A stretch of 64,000 nucleotides of DNA from an uncultured Clostridia bacterium (GTDB lineage Bacteria; Bacillota; Clostridia; Christensenellales; UBA3700), in contig CANSGN010000006.1 in NCBI GenBank assembly GCA_947646415.1, positions 2,431 through 66,430 of the forward strand, given 5' to 3'. Below, piece after piece: positions 36,953 through 47,600 of this stretch. Within the stretch, counting starts at the first letter, position 1; every line of letters starts with the position of its first letter. A program made the position numbers and the translations under genes. The notes beneath the pieces are model-generated. The model was not told the DNA's origin and did no database searches. It saw only the letters and a list, made by a program, of their open reading frames with translations.

Positions 36953-37903
36953 TTACTCGTCCTTACTTTGTAGTTCAAACCCTAATTCATGAATCTTCTT
37001 CATAACTTCGTCTAAAGATTTTTTACCAAGGTTTCTAACCTTTAGCATATCGTCTTCCGACTTTTGAATCAAGTCTTGAACAGTATTGATGCCCGCTCTC
37101 TTCAAGCAGTTGTATGACCTTACTGACAAATCCAAATCGTCGATAGCCATTTCTAATACTTTAGTTTGTTTTTCGTCATCTTGTTTTAATAGGTTTCTAT
37201 CAGCCATATTATCTACAAGTCCGATAAACAAGCTCAATAAATCATTAATGATTTTCGCACTCAAGCTAATAACTTCGTGAGGCGAAGCTGTGCCATCTGT
37301 TACAACATCTATTGTCAATTTGTCATAGTTTATGTCTTGACCGACACGTGCCGGCTCAACAAAATAACTTGCTCTTTCAACAGGAGTATAGATAGAATCA
37401 ACAGGTATGTAACCTAAAGGTTGTTCATCATCTTTATTCATGTTAGCAGAAACATAACCTCTACCGACTCCAACATTAATCTCCATATCAAGTTTTGCAC
37501 CGTTTTCCAATGTGCAAATATACATTTCAGGATTTAAAATATCAATATCCGAACTGTGCTCGATATCTCCGGCAGTTACAACGCCTGGGGTTTCCTTTTT
37601 GATATGCATTAATTGTTTGAAATCTTTGTCTTCTGTATGAGCCTTAATTGCAAGTCCTTTGATATTCAAAATAATCTCGGAAACATCTTCCTTAACGCCC
37701 GGAATAGTAGAAAACTCGTGTTTTACACCATCTATACGAACACCAACCGGTGCAGCACCGGGAAGTGAACCTAAAAGCACACGACGAAGTGCATTGCCTA
37801 GTGTAGTACCAAAACTTCTCTCAAGAGGCTCTACTACAAAACGCGCCTCTCTGCCACTAATTTCTTCTGCACATTCAATCTTTGGCTTAGTAATTTCTAT
37901 CAT
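36953..37903 (-). CDS. rpoA: DNA-directed RNA polymerase subunit alpha
   Basis: 316 aa. GTTLGNALRRVLL, and a C-terminal domain with LDLSVRSYNCLKRAGINTVQDL. Confidence 0.97.
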   Translation of the reverse strand: MIEITKPKIECAEEISGREARFVVEPLERSFGTTLGNALRRVLLGSLPGAAPVGVRIDGVKHEFSTIPGVKEDVSEIILNIKGLAIKAHTEDKDFKQLMHIKKETPGVVTAGDIEHSSDIDILNPEMYICTLENGAKLDMEINVGVGRGYVSANMNKDDEQPLGYIPVDSIYTPVERASYFVEPARVGQDINYDKLTIDVVTDGTASPHEVISLSAKIINDLLSLFIGLVDNMADRNLLKQDDEKQTKVLEMAIDDLDLSVRSYNCLKRAGINTVQDLIQKSEDDMLKVRNLGKKSLDEVMKKIHELGFELQSKDE

Positions 37904-37932
37904 TAAATCATCCTCCTATTTTGGATTTAATC

Positions 37933-38556
37933 TTACTTAGAATACAACTCGACAATCAAGTGCTCTTCTACAGCAATGTCTAGTCCTTCTCTTGTAGGAA
38001 GTTCCAAAACTTTACCGCTTAAAGTAGCATTGTCAAACTCCAACCAACTTGGTAGATTTTCAGTTTTGCCGGCTTTGATGTCAGCAAACAATGTTTTGTC
38101 TACCTTGTTTTCTTTAACAGCGATGATATCGCCTGCTTTTACTAAATAAGATGGAATGTTAACTCTTGAACCATTAACAGTAATGTGTCCGTGGTTAACG
38201 ATTTGTCTTGCATGAGCACGGCTCAAACCAAGTCCTAGTCTAAATACAACATTGTCCAATCTTCTTTCAAGAAGAACTAACATGTTGTCACCGGTAATAC
38301 CACGCATTTTTTCAGCCATATCATAGTAGCCTCTAAATTGCTTTTCGCATAGACCGTAAATTCTCTTAGTTTTTTGCTTTTCACGCAACTGTATGCTATA
38401 TCCTGTAGGTTTCTTTCTGGATGTACCATGTTGACCTGGAGCGGTAGGACGCTTTACAACAGCACACTTATCGGAATAACATTTATCGCCTTTTAGATAT
38501 AATTTGCATCCTTCTCTTCTGCACAAACGGCAGTCAGCACCTGTATATTTAGCCAT
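37933..38556 (-). CDS. rpsD: 30S ribosomal protein S4
   Basis: [26 protein letters not shown]... Start at ATG 38556 (GGAGGTAGAG RBS). Confidence 0.96.
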   Translation of the reverse strand: MAKYTGADCRLCRREGCKLYLKGDKCYSDKCAVVKRPTAPGQHGTSRKKPTGYSIQLREKQKTKRIYGLCEKQFRGYYDMAEKMRGITGDNMLVLLERRLDNVVFRLGLGLSRAHARQIVNHGHITVNGSRVNIPSYLVKAGDIIAVKENKVDKTLFADIKAGKTENLPSWLEFDNATLSGKVLELPTREGLDIAVEEHLIVELYSK

Positions 38557-38567
38557 TTCTCTACCTC

Positions 38568-38963
38568 CTATAATCTTCTGCGTTTTGGTGGACGGCATCC
38601 ATTGTGTGGGATTGGTGAAACATCTTTAATCATTGTAACAGCAATGTCCACAACTTGCAAAGCACGAATAGCAGACTCACGACCTGCACCCGGACCTTTT
38701 ACATACACTTCAACACTCTTCAATCCTGTCAAGTCTTTTGCAATTTTAGCTGCATCTTCTGCAACCATTTGAGCTGCAAATGGAGTGCTCTTTTTAGAGC
38801 CTCTTAAGCCCAACTTACCTGAACTTGACCAAGAAATTGTATTTCCTTTTTCATCAGTAAAGGTAACAAGAGTGTTATTGAAAGATGATTGAATATAACA
38901 ACGACCTTTATCAACGCGCTTAACGTCACGTCTTTTTCTTACTACTTTTTTATTAGCAGCCAT
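38568..38963 (-). CDS. rpsK: 30S ribosomal protein S11
   Basis: 131 aa. ...[21 protein letters not shown]...[13 protein letters not shown]. Confidence 0.97.
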   Translation of the reverse strand: MAANKKVVRKRRDVKRVDKGRCYIQSSFNNTLVTFTDEKGNTISWSSSGKLGLRGSKKSTPFAAQMVAEDAAKIAKDLTGLKSVEVYVKGPGAGRESAIRALQVVDIAVTMIKDVSPIPHNGCRPPKRRRL

Positions 38964-38977
38964 TTCTTATTACCTCC

Positions 38978-39346
38978 TTATTTCTTCTTACGGCTAACAG
39001 TCTTCTTAGGACCTTTACGAGTACGAGCATTTTGCTTAGTACTTTGTCCTCTAACCGGTAAACCTTTACGGTGTCTAACACCACGATAGCAACCAATTTC
39101 CATTAGTCGCTTAATGTTCAACTTTACTTCTCTTCTTAAATCACCCTCAACAGAAAGGTTTTTTTCGATGTAATCACGAATCGCACTTACTTCTTCTTCT
39201 GTCAAATCTTTAACTCTTTTGTCCGGATTGATGCCGGATTCAGCCAAAATTTTGTTAGAAGTAACTCTACCTATACCATAGATATAAGTAAGACCGATTT
39301 CTACTCTTTTCTCACGCGGCAAATCTACGCCTGCAATACGAGCCAT
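38978..39346 (-). CDS. rpsM: 30S ribosomal protein S13
   Basis: [26 protein letters not shown]... Confidence 0.97.
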   Translation of the reverse strand: MARIAGVDLPREKRVEIGLTYIYGIGRVTSNKILAESGINPDKRVKDLTEEEVSAIRDYIEKNLSVEGDLRREVKLNIKRLMEIGCYRGVRHRKGLPVRGQSTKQNARTRKGPKKTVSRKKK

Positions 39347-39623
39347 TCCTCTACCTCCAAATTAATAAAAAAATATTAAATAATACTTTATTCAACGCAT
39401 CAATAGGAGAAAAGATTGCCCGATAATTTGGAATGAGACATCTCTTCAGCCGCTCCTTTTAGCGTAAAATTAACATATAATGTATGTATTCGTTTTGCTT
39501 GCACAAAACAAAAACTAACGTTTTAGCATTTTTGAAACGCTTACAACATTGAAATACTTCGTAAAAATGACCTTACAAATAATCATTTTTATTCGCATTA
39601 TAAAAGCACTATTGCAAGTATAT

Positions 39624-39652
39624 ATTATATCATACCCGCAATAATTAATCAA
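39624..39652 (-). promoter_or_regulatory. internal promoter ahead of rpsM (TTGATT-17-TGaTATAAT)
   Basis: Minus strand TTGATTAATTATTGCGGGTATGATATAAT, inside the 333-nt rpmJ-rpsM spacer. Confidence 0.65.
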
Positions 39653-39679
39653 GCAAATTTTAACTAATTTTTACAAAAA

Positions 39680-39796
39680 TTAGCCTTGTTTTTGCTTATG
39701 TTTCTTGTATTTGCTGCAAATAACCATTACTTGACCATTTCTTTTGATTACTCTGCATTTATCGCACATTGGCTTAACTGATGGTCTAACTTTCAT
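39680..39796 (-). CDS. rpmJ: 50S ribosomal protein L36
   Basis: Not in ORF track (too short). Own translation: [53 protein letters not shown]. Confidence 0.95.
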   Translation of the reverse strand: MKVRPSVKPMCDKCRVIKRNGQVMVICSKYKKHKQKQG

Positions 39797-39811
39797 TGTT
39801 TTATCCTCCAA

Positions 39812-40033
39812 CTAATTCTTATTACGCCATACTATTCTACCTTTTGTCAAATCGTACGGACTAAGTTCCACTTTTACTGTATCGCCTTCCAAAATTTTAA
39901 TGTAGTTTTTTCTTAGTTTACCCGACAAATAAGTTGTAATCACAAATCCGTTTGTAAGCTCAACCTTAAAATTCGTATTAGGTAAAACCTCAACTACTTT
40001 TCCCTCGGCTTCTATTACATCTTCCTTAGACAT
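39812..40033 (-). CDS. infA: translation initiation factor IF-1
   Basis: [29 protein letters not shown]...GRIVWR. Start at ATG 40033 (GGAGGG RBS). Confidence 0.96.
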   Translation of the reverse strand: MSKEDVIEAEGKVVEVLPNTNFKVELTNGFVITTYLSGKLRKNYIKILEGDTVKVELSPYDLTKGRIVWRNKN

Positions 40034-40047
40034 AATACCCTCCATTA

Positions 40048-40317
40048 TTATTTTAACACTTCTTTAAGTGCTGTTTGAATGTTTTTGTTGTGAATCACTT
40101 TGTTTCCATTTAACTTTTCCGCAATATCTTCAACTACTAAAAATGTATCTTTAATATGTTTAATCTTCTTGCGTTTAGGCTTTTCCAACGGTCTTGTTTT
40201 GCCGTCGCAAATTTTTACATACTCAGTGTTTTCCAACTCAACTACCACAAAATAATTGCCACTATCATGTCCTGCAGTAGACAATACCACCGAACCGACT
40301 TTGATATTGTTTTGCAT
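40048..40317 (-). CDS. KOW-domain RNA-binding protein (small conserved gene between map and infA in Clostridia)
   Basis: 89 aa. [24 protein letters not shown]-like motif, followed by KPKRKKIKH. Confidence 0.75.
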   Translation of the reverse strand: MQNNIKVGSVVLSTAGHDSGNYFVVVELENTEYVKICDGKTRPLEKPKRKKIKHIKDTFLVVEDIAEKLNGNKVIHNKNIQTALKEVLK

Positions 40318-40325
40318 AACAACTC

Positions 40326-41072
40326 CTATAACGATAATATTTCATAACCGTCTTCGGTTATTAGCACGGTGTTTTCGTAATGCGCGGAATACCCGTCGTC
40401 ATCTGTCACAACCGTCCAACCATCGTCGAGTGCAGAAACTTCATAAGTCCCTTCGTTTATCATAGGCTCGATAGCAAGCGTCATATTACGCTTTAATCTA
40501 AGACCTTTGCCTGCTTTTCCGTAATTAGGTACTTGCGGGTCTTCGTGCATATCTTTACCAATGCCGTGACCTACCAAATCCCTTACTACCGAAAAACCAT
40601 TGCTTTCTGCTAAATTTTGTACGGCAGCACCTATATCTCCAAGCCTTGCACCCTCGCGAATAACTTTCATTGCTTCAAAAAAGCTTTGTTCTGTTACTTC
40701 GATAAGTTTTTTGTGCTTTTCGGATATTTCTCCCACAGCAAACGTCCTTGCTGCATCGCTCTGCCAGCCTTTATAAATTACACCACAATCAATCCCTATA
40801 ATGTCGCCGCTAACAAGTTTTCTGTTTGAAGGAATACCGTGTACAACTTGTTCATTCACACTTGCACATATCGACCCCGGAAAACCGCCGTATCCCAAAA
40901 AGGAAGGTTTTGCACCGCGACTTATAATATAATCATGAGCCAACTTATCTAATTCTTTTGTAGTTACTCCGACTTTTACGTGTTCTTTTAGCATATTTAA
41001 AGTATCCCTTAAAATTTTGCCTGCCTCACGCATAAGCTCGATTTCACTATCACTTTTTATTGTAATCATCAA
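40326..41072 (-). CDS. map: type I methionine aminopeptidase
   Basis: 248 aa. SICASVNEQVVHGIP, DIIGIDCG, GHGIG, LAIEPM, AHYENT. Confidence 0.95.
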   Translation of the reverse strand: MMITIKSDSEIELMREAGKILRDTLNMLKEHVKVGVTTKELDKLAHDYIISRGAKPSFLGYGGFPGSICASVNEQVVHGIPSNRKLVSGDIIGIDCGVIYKGWQSDAARTFAVGEISEKHKKLIEVTEQSFFEAMKVIREGARLGDIGAAVQNLAESNGFSVVRDLVGHGIGKDMHEDPQVPNYGKAGKGLRLKRNMTLAIEPMINEGTYEVSALDDGWTVVTDDDGYSAHYENTVLITEDGYEILSL

Positions 41073-41679
41073 TCACCTTGGAAATTTGTTCAAAAACTTC
41101 ATTCAATGGCTTGCCACCATCCACATCGACTACTAAGTTTTTTGCTGTATAATAATCGATAAGCGGAGCTGTTTGATTTTCGTATACTTGCATACGCTCT
41201 TTTACAGTTTCTTCCTTATCGTCGTCACGTTGATAAAGTTTTGCACCGCATTTAGGGCAAGTATCGCCGATTCCCATACTGATATGATAACTTTCGCCGC
41301 AAGCACACATTCTTCTGCCTGTAATTCGGTTAACAATCAAGTCAGGGTCTACCGCAATGTTGATAACGCAATCAATACTTGCTACTTTATCCAAAGCTTC
41401 CGCTTGAGCGCAAGTCCTTGGGAACCCATCCAAAATATAACCATTTTTACAATCTGCTTGTTGCAATCTGTCTTTTACTATATTTATTACTACTTCGTCC
41501 GGTACCAACTGACCTGCATCGATATACGATTTTGCTTGTCTGCCAAGTTCAGTACCCTCTTTTATATTTTTTCTCAAAATATCGCCCGTTGAAATATGTG
41601 GCAAATTGTACTTATCACTGATTCTTGTAGCTTGAGTACCTTTTCCCGCACCGGGAGCACCTAGTAAAATTAATTTCAT
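41050..41679 (-). CDS. adk: adenylate kinase (zinc-lid type)
   Basis: MKLILLGAPGAGKGTQA. Lid with CACGESYH...CPKCG. Confidence 0.96.
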   Translation of the reverse strand: MKLILLGAPGAGKGTQATRISDKYNLPHISTGDILRKNIKEGTELGRQAKSYIDAGQLVPDEVVINIVKDRLQQADCKNGYILDGFPRTCAQAEALDKVASIDCVINIAVDPDLIVNRITGRRMCACGESYHISMGIGDTCPKCGAKLYQRDDDKEETVKERMQVYENQTAPLIDYYTAKNLVVDVDGGKPLNEVFEQISKVIDDYNKK

Positions 41680-41798
41680 ATTTACCTTCCAAAACTATTT
41701 GGATAATCGCTTTTATCCCAAAATATTCGTAAATCCGATAATAAACACAAATTCTCAGTTGTCGAACACAAATATCCGACAACTTAGAATTGAATTTT

Positions 41799-43115
41799 TT
41801 ACTTCAAGAAACCTTTGTAAGTTTTCATCATTATTTGAGATTCCAACTGTTTGTTTGTCTCTAGCGCTACGCTTACAACGATTAGCAATCCTGTTGCACT
41901 GAAAGCATTTGTCAAGCCTAATTCGCTAGGGATTGCAGCTACCAAAATAGATGGTATCAATGCAATGATAGCTAGGAAAATAGCACCGAACAATGTTATT
42001 CTGTTATTGATTTTTGCAAGGTAATCGCTTGTTGGTTTACCCGGTCTTATACCAGGGATAAATCCGCCATATTGTTGTATATTCTTTGACACTTCAATAG
42101 GATTAAATTGAATTTGTGCATAGAAATATGAGAAGAACAATATCAAAAGTGTAATAACCACGATATATGCCCAGCTACCTACACCAAGGTATTTGCTATA
42201 CCAACTATAAAAATCACTTTCAGGCCAAAAACTTGCAATCATTTGTGGGAACATCAAGAACGATGATGCAAAAATGATTGGCATAACGCCGGATGCGTTT
42301 ACTTTCATAGGTATGTTAGAAGTTTGACCGCCGTACATTTTGTTACCTTTAACTTGTTTAGCATAACGAACAGGAATTCTTCTTTCTGCCATATCTACAT
42401 AAACAATGAACAAGAACAACAAAATAACAAATACTATAAATCCGATAAAGTACCAAATACTACCCATTAGAGCAGATGTATCGCCACTTTGTCCTGCCAT
42501 AGTTTTGATTGATTGGATAATTGAATTACCAATACCCGATAAGATACCGATAAAGATAATCAATGATGTACCATTGCCTATACCGTACTCGGTAATTCTC
42601 TCCCCTAACCACATAACAAATGTAGAGCCCGCTGTCAAAATAATAACGGTCATTATTCTTGTAAGCCATTGATTAGCAACACCATTGCCAAATAGACCAA
42701 CAAAATTATCACCCCAACTCATTACAAAGCCAAAAGCTTGAACAACCGCCAAGCCGATAGCTACGTAACGGGTAATTTGAGTTATTTTCTTTCGTCCTTC
42801 TTCGCCTTCTTTGCTCATTCTTTCAAGTTTAGGAATAATGATTGTAATTAATTGCATTATAATGAATGAGTTAATAAACGGCATAATACCTAATGAGAAA
42901 AGTGTTCCTTGGCTACCAAAAGTACCGTTTATAGTAGCGATAATACCAAAGAAACTGCCTGCATCCAAATTAGAATTTGAGTTAATAGCGTTTACATCAA
43001 GACCCGGAATAGGAATAAATGCACCTAATCTGAATATAGCAAGCATCAATAGTGTAAGAAATATTCTTTTACGAATTTCTTTATCTCTAAAAGCATTTGC
43101 TATGGTTTTAAACAT
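41799..43115 (-). CDS. secY: preprotein translocase subunit SecY
   Basis: 438 aa, 10 TM. FSLGIMPFINSFIIMQL and related blocks. Confidence 0.96.
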   Translation of the reverse strand: MFKTIANAFRDKEIRKRIFLTLLMLAIFRLGAFIPIPGLDVNAINSNSNLDAGSFFGIIATINGTFGSQGTLFSLGIMPFINSFIIMQLITIIIPKLERMSKEGEEGRKKITQITRYVAIGLAVVQAFGFVMSWGDNFVGLFGNGVANQWLTRIMTVIILTAGSTFVMWLGERITEYGIGNGTSLIIFIGILSGIGNSIIQSIKTMAGQSGDTSALMGSIWYFIGFIVFVILLFLFIVYVDMAERRIPVRYAKQVKGNKMYGGQTSNIPMKVNASGVMPIIFASSFLMFPQMIASFWPESDFYSWYSKYLGVGSWAYIVVITLLILFFSYFYAQIQFNPIEVSKNIQQYGGFIPGIRPGKPTSDYLAKINNRITLFGAIFLAIIALIPSILVAAIPSELGLTNAFSATGLLIVVSVALETNKQLESQIMMKTYKGFLK

Positions 43116-43558
43116 TATAGCACCTCAGCTTTGCCACCTGCTTTTTCAATTATTTCTGCAGCTGACTTAGTGAATTTTTTTGCTTGAACTGTTAATTTTT
43201 TAGTCAAAGTTCCGTTACCCAAAACTTTAAGACCATAATTTTCAACTTTGCTTAAAACACCAACTTTCAAAAGAAGTTCAGCGTTTACAACAGTACCGTC
43301 CTCAAATCTCTCTAAGTCCTTAACATTTACAACAGAATACTCTTTTGCAAAAATGTTAGTGAATCCTCTTTTAGGAACACGGCGGATTAAAGGCATTTGA
43401 CCGCCTTCAAAGCCAGGGCGAACACCGCCGCCACTTCTAGCCCATTGACCTTTATGACCTTTACCGGAGGTTTTGCCTTTACCTGAGCCAATACCTCTAC
43501 CAAGTCTTTTGCTCTCAGTTTTTGCCCCTTTAGCCGGAGCCAATTTTTGAATTTCCAT
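43115..43558 (-). CDS. rplO: 50S ribosomal protein L15
   Basis: 147 aa. [19 protein letters not shown]. Confidence 0.95.
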   Translation of the reverse strand: MEIQKLAPAKGAKTESKRLGRGIGSGKGKTSGKGHKGQWARSGGGVRPGFEGGQMPLIRRVPKRGFTNIFAKEYSVVNVKDLERFEDGTVVNAELLLKVGVLSKVENYGLKVLGNGTLTKKLTVQAKKFTKSAAEIIEKAGGKAEVL

Positions 43559-43571
43559 CTTTTACCTCCGA

Positions 43572-43814
43572 TTAAGCTTGCGCTTCAGCATCAGCTTTTG
43601 GAGCTTTTGCTTTTTTCGCACTCTTCTTTTCCTGTATTTCTTCAACTGAAATCAAGTGTTTAACCACTTTGATTTGACCTTGAAGACAAGGATTATCATT
43701 GTGAATTTTGCTAGAACCGATTTTTGAAAGTCCTAACGCCTCAATAGTTGCTTTTTGCTTTTTAAGGCTTCCGATAGTGCTTTTAATAAGCGTAATTTTT
43801 AATTGTTTAGCCAT
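43572..43814 (-). CDS. rpmD: 50S ribosomal protein L30 (with Lys/Ala-rich C-terminal tail)
   Basis: MAKQLKITLIKSTIGSLKKQKATIEALGL... plus tail EKKSAKKAKAPKADAEAQA. 80 aa. Confidence 0.93.
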   Translation of the reverse strand: MAKQLKITLIKSTIGSLKKQKATIEALGLSKIGSSKIHNDNPCLQGQIKVVKHLISVEEIQEKKSAKKAKAPKADAEAQA

Positions 43815-43829
43815 TATTTTGCCCTCCCG

Positions 43830-44360
43830 TTAGCGTTTAATTTCTTCAACTGTCTTACCGCGAAGACTAGCGATTTGCTCAGCTGTTCTTAGGCTCTTAA
43901 GACCTTCCATAACTGCTTTTACACAGTTGATTGGATTGTTTGTACCAATACTCTTAGTTCTGATATCCTTAACGCCTACAACCTCAAGTATTGAACGAAC
44001 AGGACCGCCGGCGATAACACCGGTACCTTCTTCGGCAGGCATCATAACAACTTTACCGCTACCATACTCACCAATTACTTCGTGAGGGATAGTAGTACCG
44101 ATTAATTTAATGTTAATCATATTGCGTTTAGCATCGGCAGTAGCTTTTTTGATTGCCTCTGGAACTTCGGCAGCTTTACCCATACCAATACCAACATTAC
44201 CATTACCGTCACCAACTGCAACTAATGCAGAAAGACGCATTGTTCTACCACCTTTAACAACTTTAGTTACTCTGTTAACAGCGATAAGTTTATTTAGCAT
44301 TCCGTCATCTTCTTTTTGGAATTTGCCTCTCTTTTCTGACTTTTCATTTCTCTCAGCCAT
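43830..44360 (-). CDS. rpsE: 30S ribosomal protein S5
   Basis: 176 aa. [27 protein letters not shown]. Confidence 0.96.
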   Translation of the reverse strand: MAERNEKSEKRGKFQKEDDGMLNKLIAVNRVTKVVKGGRTMRLSALVAVGDGNGNVGIGMGKAAEVPEAIKKATADAKRNMINIKLIGTTIPHEVIGEYGSGKVVMMPAEEGTGVIAGGPVRSILEVVGVKDIRTKSIGTNNPINCVKAVMEGLKSLRTAEQIASLRGKTVEEIKR

Positions 44361-44376
44361 TATCGTCTTCCTCCTT

Positions 44377-44745
44377 TTATAGTTTCAATCCGGCTTCTCT
44401 AGCACCGTCAGCTACGCTTTGTACGCGACCTGTATATAAGTATCCGCCTCTGTCAAAAACAACTTCGGTAATACCTTTGTCCAATGCCTTTTTAGCAGCT
44501 GTCTCGCCGACAAATTTAGCAGCTTCGACTTTAGTCATATCTTTAATTTTAGCTACAACATCCTTATCCAAAGTTGAGCAAGCTACCAAAGTATTTCCGG
44601 CAACGTCATCAATAAGTTGAACATAGATGTTATTAGTACTTCTATAAACATTAAAACGAGGACGCTCAGCTGTTCCTGACACTTTACCTCTTACTCTAGT
44701 GTGTCTTTTTTGTCTGATAGAATTTTTATCAATCTTCTTAATCAT
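44377..44745 (-). CDS. rplR: 50S ribosomal protein L18
   Basis: 122 aa. [37 protein letters not shown]. Confidence 0.96.
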   Translation of the reverse strand: MIKKIDKNSIRQKRHTRVRGKVSGTAERPRFNVYRSTNNIYVQLIDDVAGNTLVACSTLDKDVVAKIKDMTKVEAAKFVGETAAKKALDKGITEVVFDRGGYLYTGRVQSVADGAREAGLKL

Positions 44746-44757
44746 CTTCTACTCTCC

Positions 44758-45300
44758 TTACTTAGTGCTCTTCTTTGCTTCTTTTCTTGCAATAGTCTCG
44801 TCCTTATAACGAATACCATATACATGATAAGGGTCTGGCACTTTAATTACCTTAATATTAGCAGCAACTTGACCTACTTTTTCACGACTGATGCCTTTTA
44901 CTACGATTTCATTGGCATTTGGTACTTCAAAAGTGATTCCGTCGCTCTCTACAACCTCAACAGGATGAGAGTAACCGCAGTTGATAACGATTTTGTTACC
45001 TTGTTTTACAACTTTGTAACCTACACCGTTTACGATAAGAGCTTTTTGGAAACCTTTAGTTACGCCCTCAACCATATTCGCAATAAGTTTACGATATAAT
45101 CCGTGCATAGCTTTGTGTTCTTTTTGCTCGTCGTGTCTTGTTACGTGAACTTCTGTTCCCTCAACTGCAACACTAATATTTTTATCAACCTTTTGGCTTA
45201 ATTCGCCTAGAGGTCCTTTTACTATAACTTCATTACTATCTGTAACATTTACAGTAACTCCAGCAGGAATTACAACAGGAAGTCTACCAATTCTTGACAT
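44758..45300 (-). CDS. rplF: 50S ribosomal protein L6
   Basis: MSRIGRLPVVIPAGVTV... Confidence 0.96.
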   Translation of the reverse strand: MSRIGRLPVVIPAGVTVNVTDSNEVIVKGPLGELSQKVDKNISVAVEGTEVHVTRHDEQKEHKAMHGLYRKLIANMVEGVTKGFQKALIVNGVGYKVVKQGNKIVINCGYSHPVEVVESDGITFEVPNANEIVVKGISREKVGQVAANIKVIKVPDPYHVYGIRYKDETIARKEAKKSTK

Positions 45301-45315
45301 TAAATTTACCTCCTA

Positions 45316-45714
45316 TTACCAAATGTAGGCTAGAACTTCGCCACCGATGTGCTTTTCTCTAGCTTCTTTACAAGTCATAACGCCTTGAGATGTAGAAATA
45401 ATAGCTATTCCTAGACCGCCCAAAACTTTAGGTAACTTGTCTGCTTCACAGTAAACTCTTAAGCCCGGCTTACTAATTCTTTTGATGTTAGTAATAACCT
45501 TTTCGCCCTTAGGACCATATTTAAGAGTTACTTTTATATCCTTTTGTACGCCGTCTTCAATCAATTCGTAAGCTTTAATGTAACCCTCATCCAAAAGAAT
45601 TTGAGCAATGCTTGTCTTGATTTTTGAAGCAGGTACTTTTACTTCATCTTTTTTCGCAATCAACCCGTTACGAATACGAGTTAGCATATCAGCGATTGGG
45701 TCTGTAATATTCAT
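45316..45714 (-). CDS. rpsH: 30S ribosomal protein S8
   Basis: [17 protein letters not shown]... Confidence 0.96.
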   Translation of the reverse strand: MNITDPIADMLTRIRNGLIAKKDEVKVPASKIKTSIAQILLDEGYIKAYELIEDGVQKDIKVTLKYGPKGEKVITNIKRISKPGLRVYCEADKLPKVLGGLGIAIISTSQGVMTCKEAREKHIGGEVLAYIW

Positions 45715-45730
45715 ATCCTATCTCCTCCTA

Positions 45731-45916
45731 TTACCAACTTGCTTTCTTTACGCCGGGTATTTCGCCCTTATAAGCAAGTTCTCTGAAGCAAATTCTGCAA
45801 ATGCCGTATTTTCTTAAAACTGCGTGTGGTCTTCCACAGATTTTACAACGAGTGTAAGCTCTTGTAGAATACTTAGGTGTGCGCTGTTGCTTATTTATCA
45901 TAGCTTTTTTTGCCAT
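45731..45916 (-). CDS. rpsN: 30S ribosomal protein S14, zinc-binding type Z
   Basis: 61 aa. CKICGRP...CRICFRE. Confidence 0.95.
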   Translation of the reverse strand: MAKKAMINKQQRTPKYSTRAYTRCKICGRPHAVLRKYGICRICFRELAYKGEIPGVKKASW

Positions 45917-45929
45917 TTGTCAATCCTCC

Positions 45930-46484
45930 TTACTTAGCGAAAGGCAAGCCCATTAGAGTTAACAACTCTTTTGCCTCTGCATCTGTTTGCGCTGTTGTTA
46001 CAAAGCAAACGTCAAAACCTCTAATCTTCTCGATTTTATCATAACTGATTTCAGGGAAGATAAGTTGCTCTTTAACACCCATATTGTAGTTACCTCTGCC
46101 ATCAAAAGAGTTTGCAGGGATACCTTTAAAGTCTCTTACTCTAGGAAGAGCGACAGATACGAATTTGTCAAAGAACTCATACATTCTTGTAGCTCTAAGT
46201 GTAACTTTTGCGCCGACAGTCATACCCTCACGAACTTTAAAGTTTGCAACGCTCTTTTTAGCTTTTGTAACCATAGGAGCTTGACCTGTGATTTGCTTTA
46301 ACTCGTCAAGTGCGATTTGAACACTCTTTGCATTGTCTTTGATATCTCCAAGACCCATGTTGATAACTATCTTTTCAAGCTTTGGAACTTGGTTTACATT
46401 TTTGTAGCCGAACTTTTTGATTAAAGCAGGTACTACAACATTTACATAATTATCTTTAACTCTGTTTTTAATTTGATTAGCCAC
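45930..46484 (-). CDS. rplE: 50S ribosomal protein L5
   Basis: 184 aa. Position and blocks ([26 protein letters not shown]). Confidence 0.96.
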   Translation of the reverse strand: MANQIKNRVKDNYVNVVVPALIKKFGYKNVNQVPKLEKIVINMGLGDIKDNAKSVQIALDELKQITGQAPMVTKAKKSVANFKVREGMTVGAKVTLRATRMYEFFDKFVSVALPRVRDFKGIPANSFDGRGNYNMGVKEQLIFPEISYDKIEKIRGFDVCFVTTAQTDAEAKELLTLMGLPFAK

Positions 46485-46498
46485 TGTTTAATCCTCCA

Positions 46499-46936
46499 TT
46501 ATTCAGCTTTTTCAGCATCAGCTGCTGCTGTGTCAGCTGCTTTCTTAGTTGCTTTTTTAGCGGTTGTAGCTTTCTTAGTTGCCTTTTTAGCAGCTTTAGT
46601 AGCTTTCTTCTCTAAAGAAGCGTTACATTTTTTGCAAAAACGGATTTTAACTTGTTTGCCGTCTACTTCTTCCATTCTGTGGCCGGCTTTAGTTGCCATA
46701 CCGCATTCAGGACAAATAATCATTACATTACTTGCATCGATAGCAGCTTCCTTTTTAACGATACCGCCTTTTTCTTGTGCATTACGAGGTTTTACATAGT
46801 TGGTAGCAATGTTTAAGCCTTCAACAAGTACTCTGCCATTATCTACATCAACTTTAGTAATAATACCTGATTTACCTTTATCTTTTCCGGCAATAACCAT
46901 AACGTTATCGCCTTTTTTAACATGTAAATTATTCAT
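46499..46936 (-). CDS. rplX: 50S ribosomal protein L24, Cys4 zinc-ribbon variant with Lys/Ala/Thr-rich C-terminal tail
   Basis: MNNLHVKKGDNVMVIAGKDKGKSG KOW. CPECG...CKKC. Tail ATKAAKKATKKATTAKKATKKAADTAAADAEKAE. 145 aa versus the usual ~105. Confidence 0.93.
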   Translation of the reverse strand: MNNLHVKKGDNVMVIAGKDKGKSGIITKVDVDNGRVLVEGLNIATNYVKPRNAQEKGGIVKKEAAIDASNVMIICPECGMATKAGHRMEEVDGKQVKIRFCKKCNASLEKKATKAAKKATKKATTAKKATKKAADTAAADAEKAE

Positions 46937-46950
46937 TGTATTCCCTCCAA

Positions 46951-47319
46951 TTAAAGCACTTCGGGTGCAAGAGAAATAATTCTCATATAGTCTTTATCAC
47001 GAAGTTCACGAGCGATAGGTCCAAAAATACGGGAGCCTTTAGGTTGTTTTTGGTTATCGATAATAACCGCTGCATTGTCGTCAAATCTAATGTGTGTACC
47101 GTCACTTCTTCTGATACCTTTTTTAGTTCTAACGATAACGGCTTTAACAACGTCACCCTTTTTTACTACGCCGCCCGGAGCAGCAGTTTGCACACTTGCA
47201 ACGATAACATCGCCGATATTACCGTATCTACGGAATGAGCCGCCAAGTACTCTGATACATTTAATTTCTTTTGCGCCTGTATTATCAGCCACATTCAATT
47301 TACTCTCTGGAATTATCAT
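46951..47319 (-). CDS. rplN: 50S ribosomal protein L14
   Basis: [27 protein letters not shown]... Confidence 0.97.
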   Translation of the reverse strand: MIIPESKLNVADNTGAKEIKCIRVLGGSFRRYGNIGDVIVASVQTAAPGGVVKKGDVVKAVIVRTKKGIRRSDGTHIRFDDNAAVIIDNQKQPKGSRIFGPIARELRDKDYMRIISLAPEVL

Positions 47320-47330
47320 ACTGTACCTCC

Positions 47331-47585
47331 TTACTTAGCCTTTTCAATTACTTCAGCAAGTCTGAAATGCTTGTTTTTACTCATTGGACGAGTCTCTACG
47401 ATAAGAACTTTATCGCCGATACCTGCCATATTATTCTCATCATGTGCCATAAACTTCTTAGTTTTATTAACAGTTTTTCCATATAGAGGATGCTTAACTT
47501 TTTGCACTACCGCAACAGTGATGGTTTTGTCCATCTTGTCGCTAACTACTAAGCCAACTCTACTCTTTCTAAGATTTCTTTCCAT
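47331..47585 (-). CDS. rpsQ: 30S ribosomal protein S17
   Basis: 84 aa. [19 protein letters not shown]. Confidence 0.96.
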   Translation of the reverse strand: MERNLRKSRVGLVVSDKMDKTITVAVVQKVKHPLYGKTVNKTKKFMAHDENNMAGIGDKVLIVETRPMSKNKHFRLAEVIEKAK

Positions 47586-47600
47586 TTACTTATCCTCCAA

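Noticed and set aside
41050-41072. 23-nt overlap between the adk 3' end and the map 5' end, considered as a possible frameshift or fusion.
   Set aside because: Both proteins are full length with normal termini. map may simply start at the second Met (41069), and such short overlaps are common in this operon.
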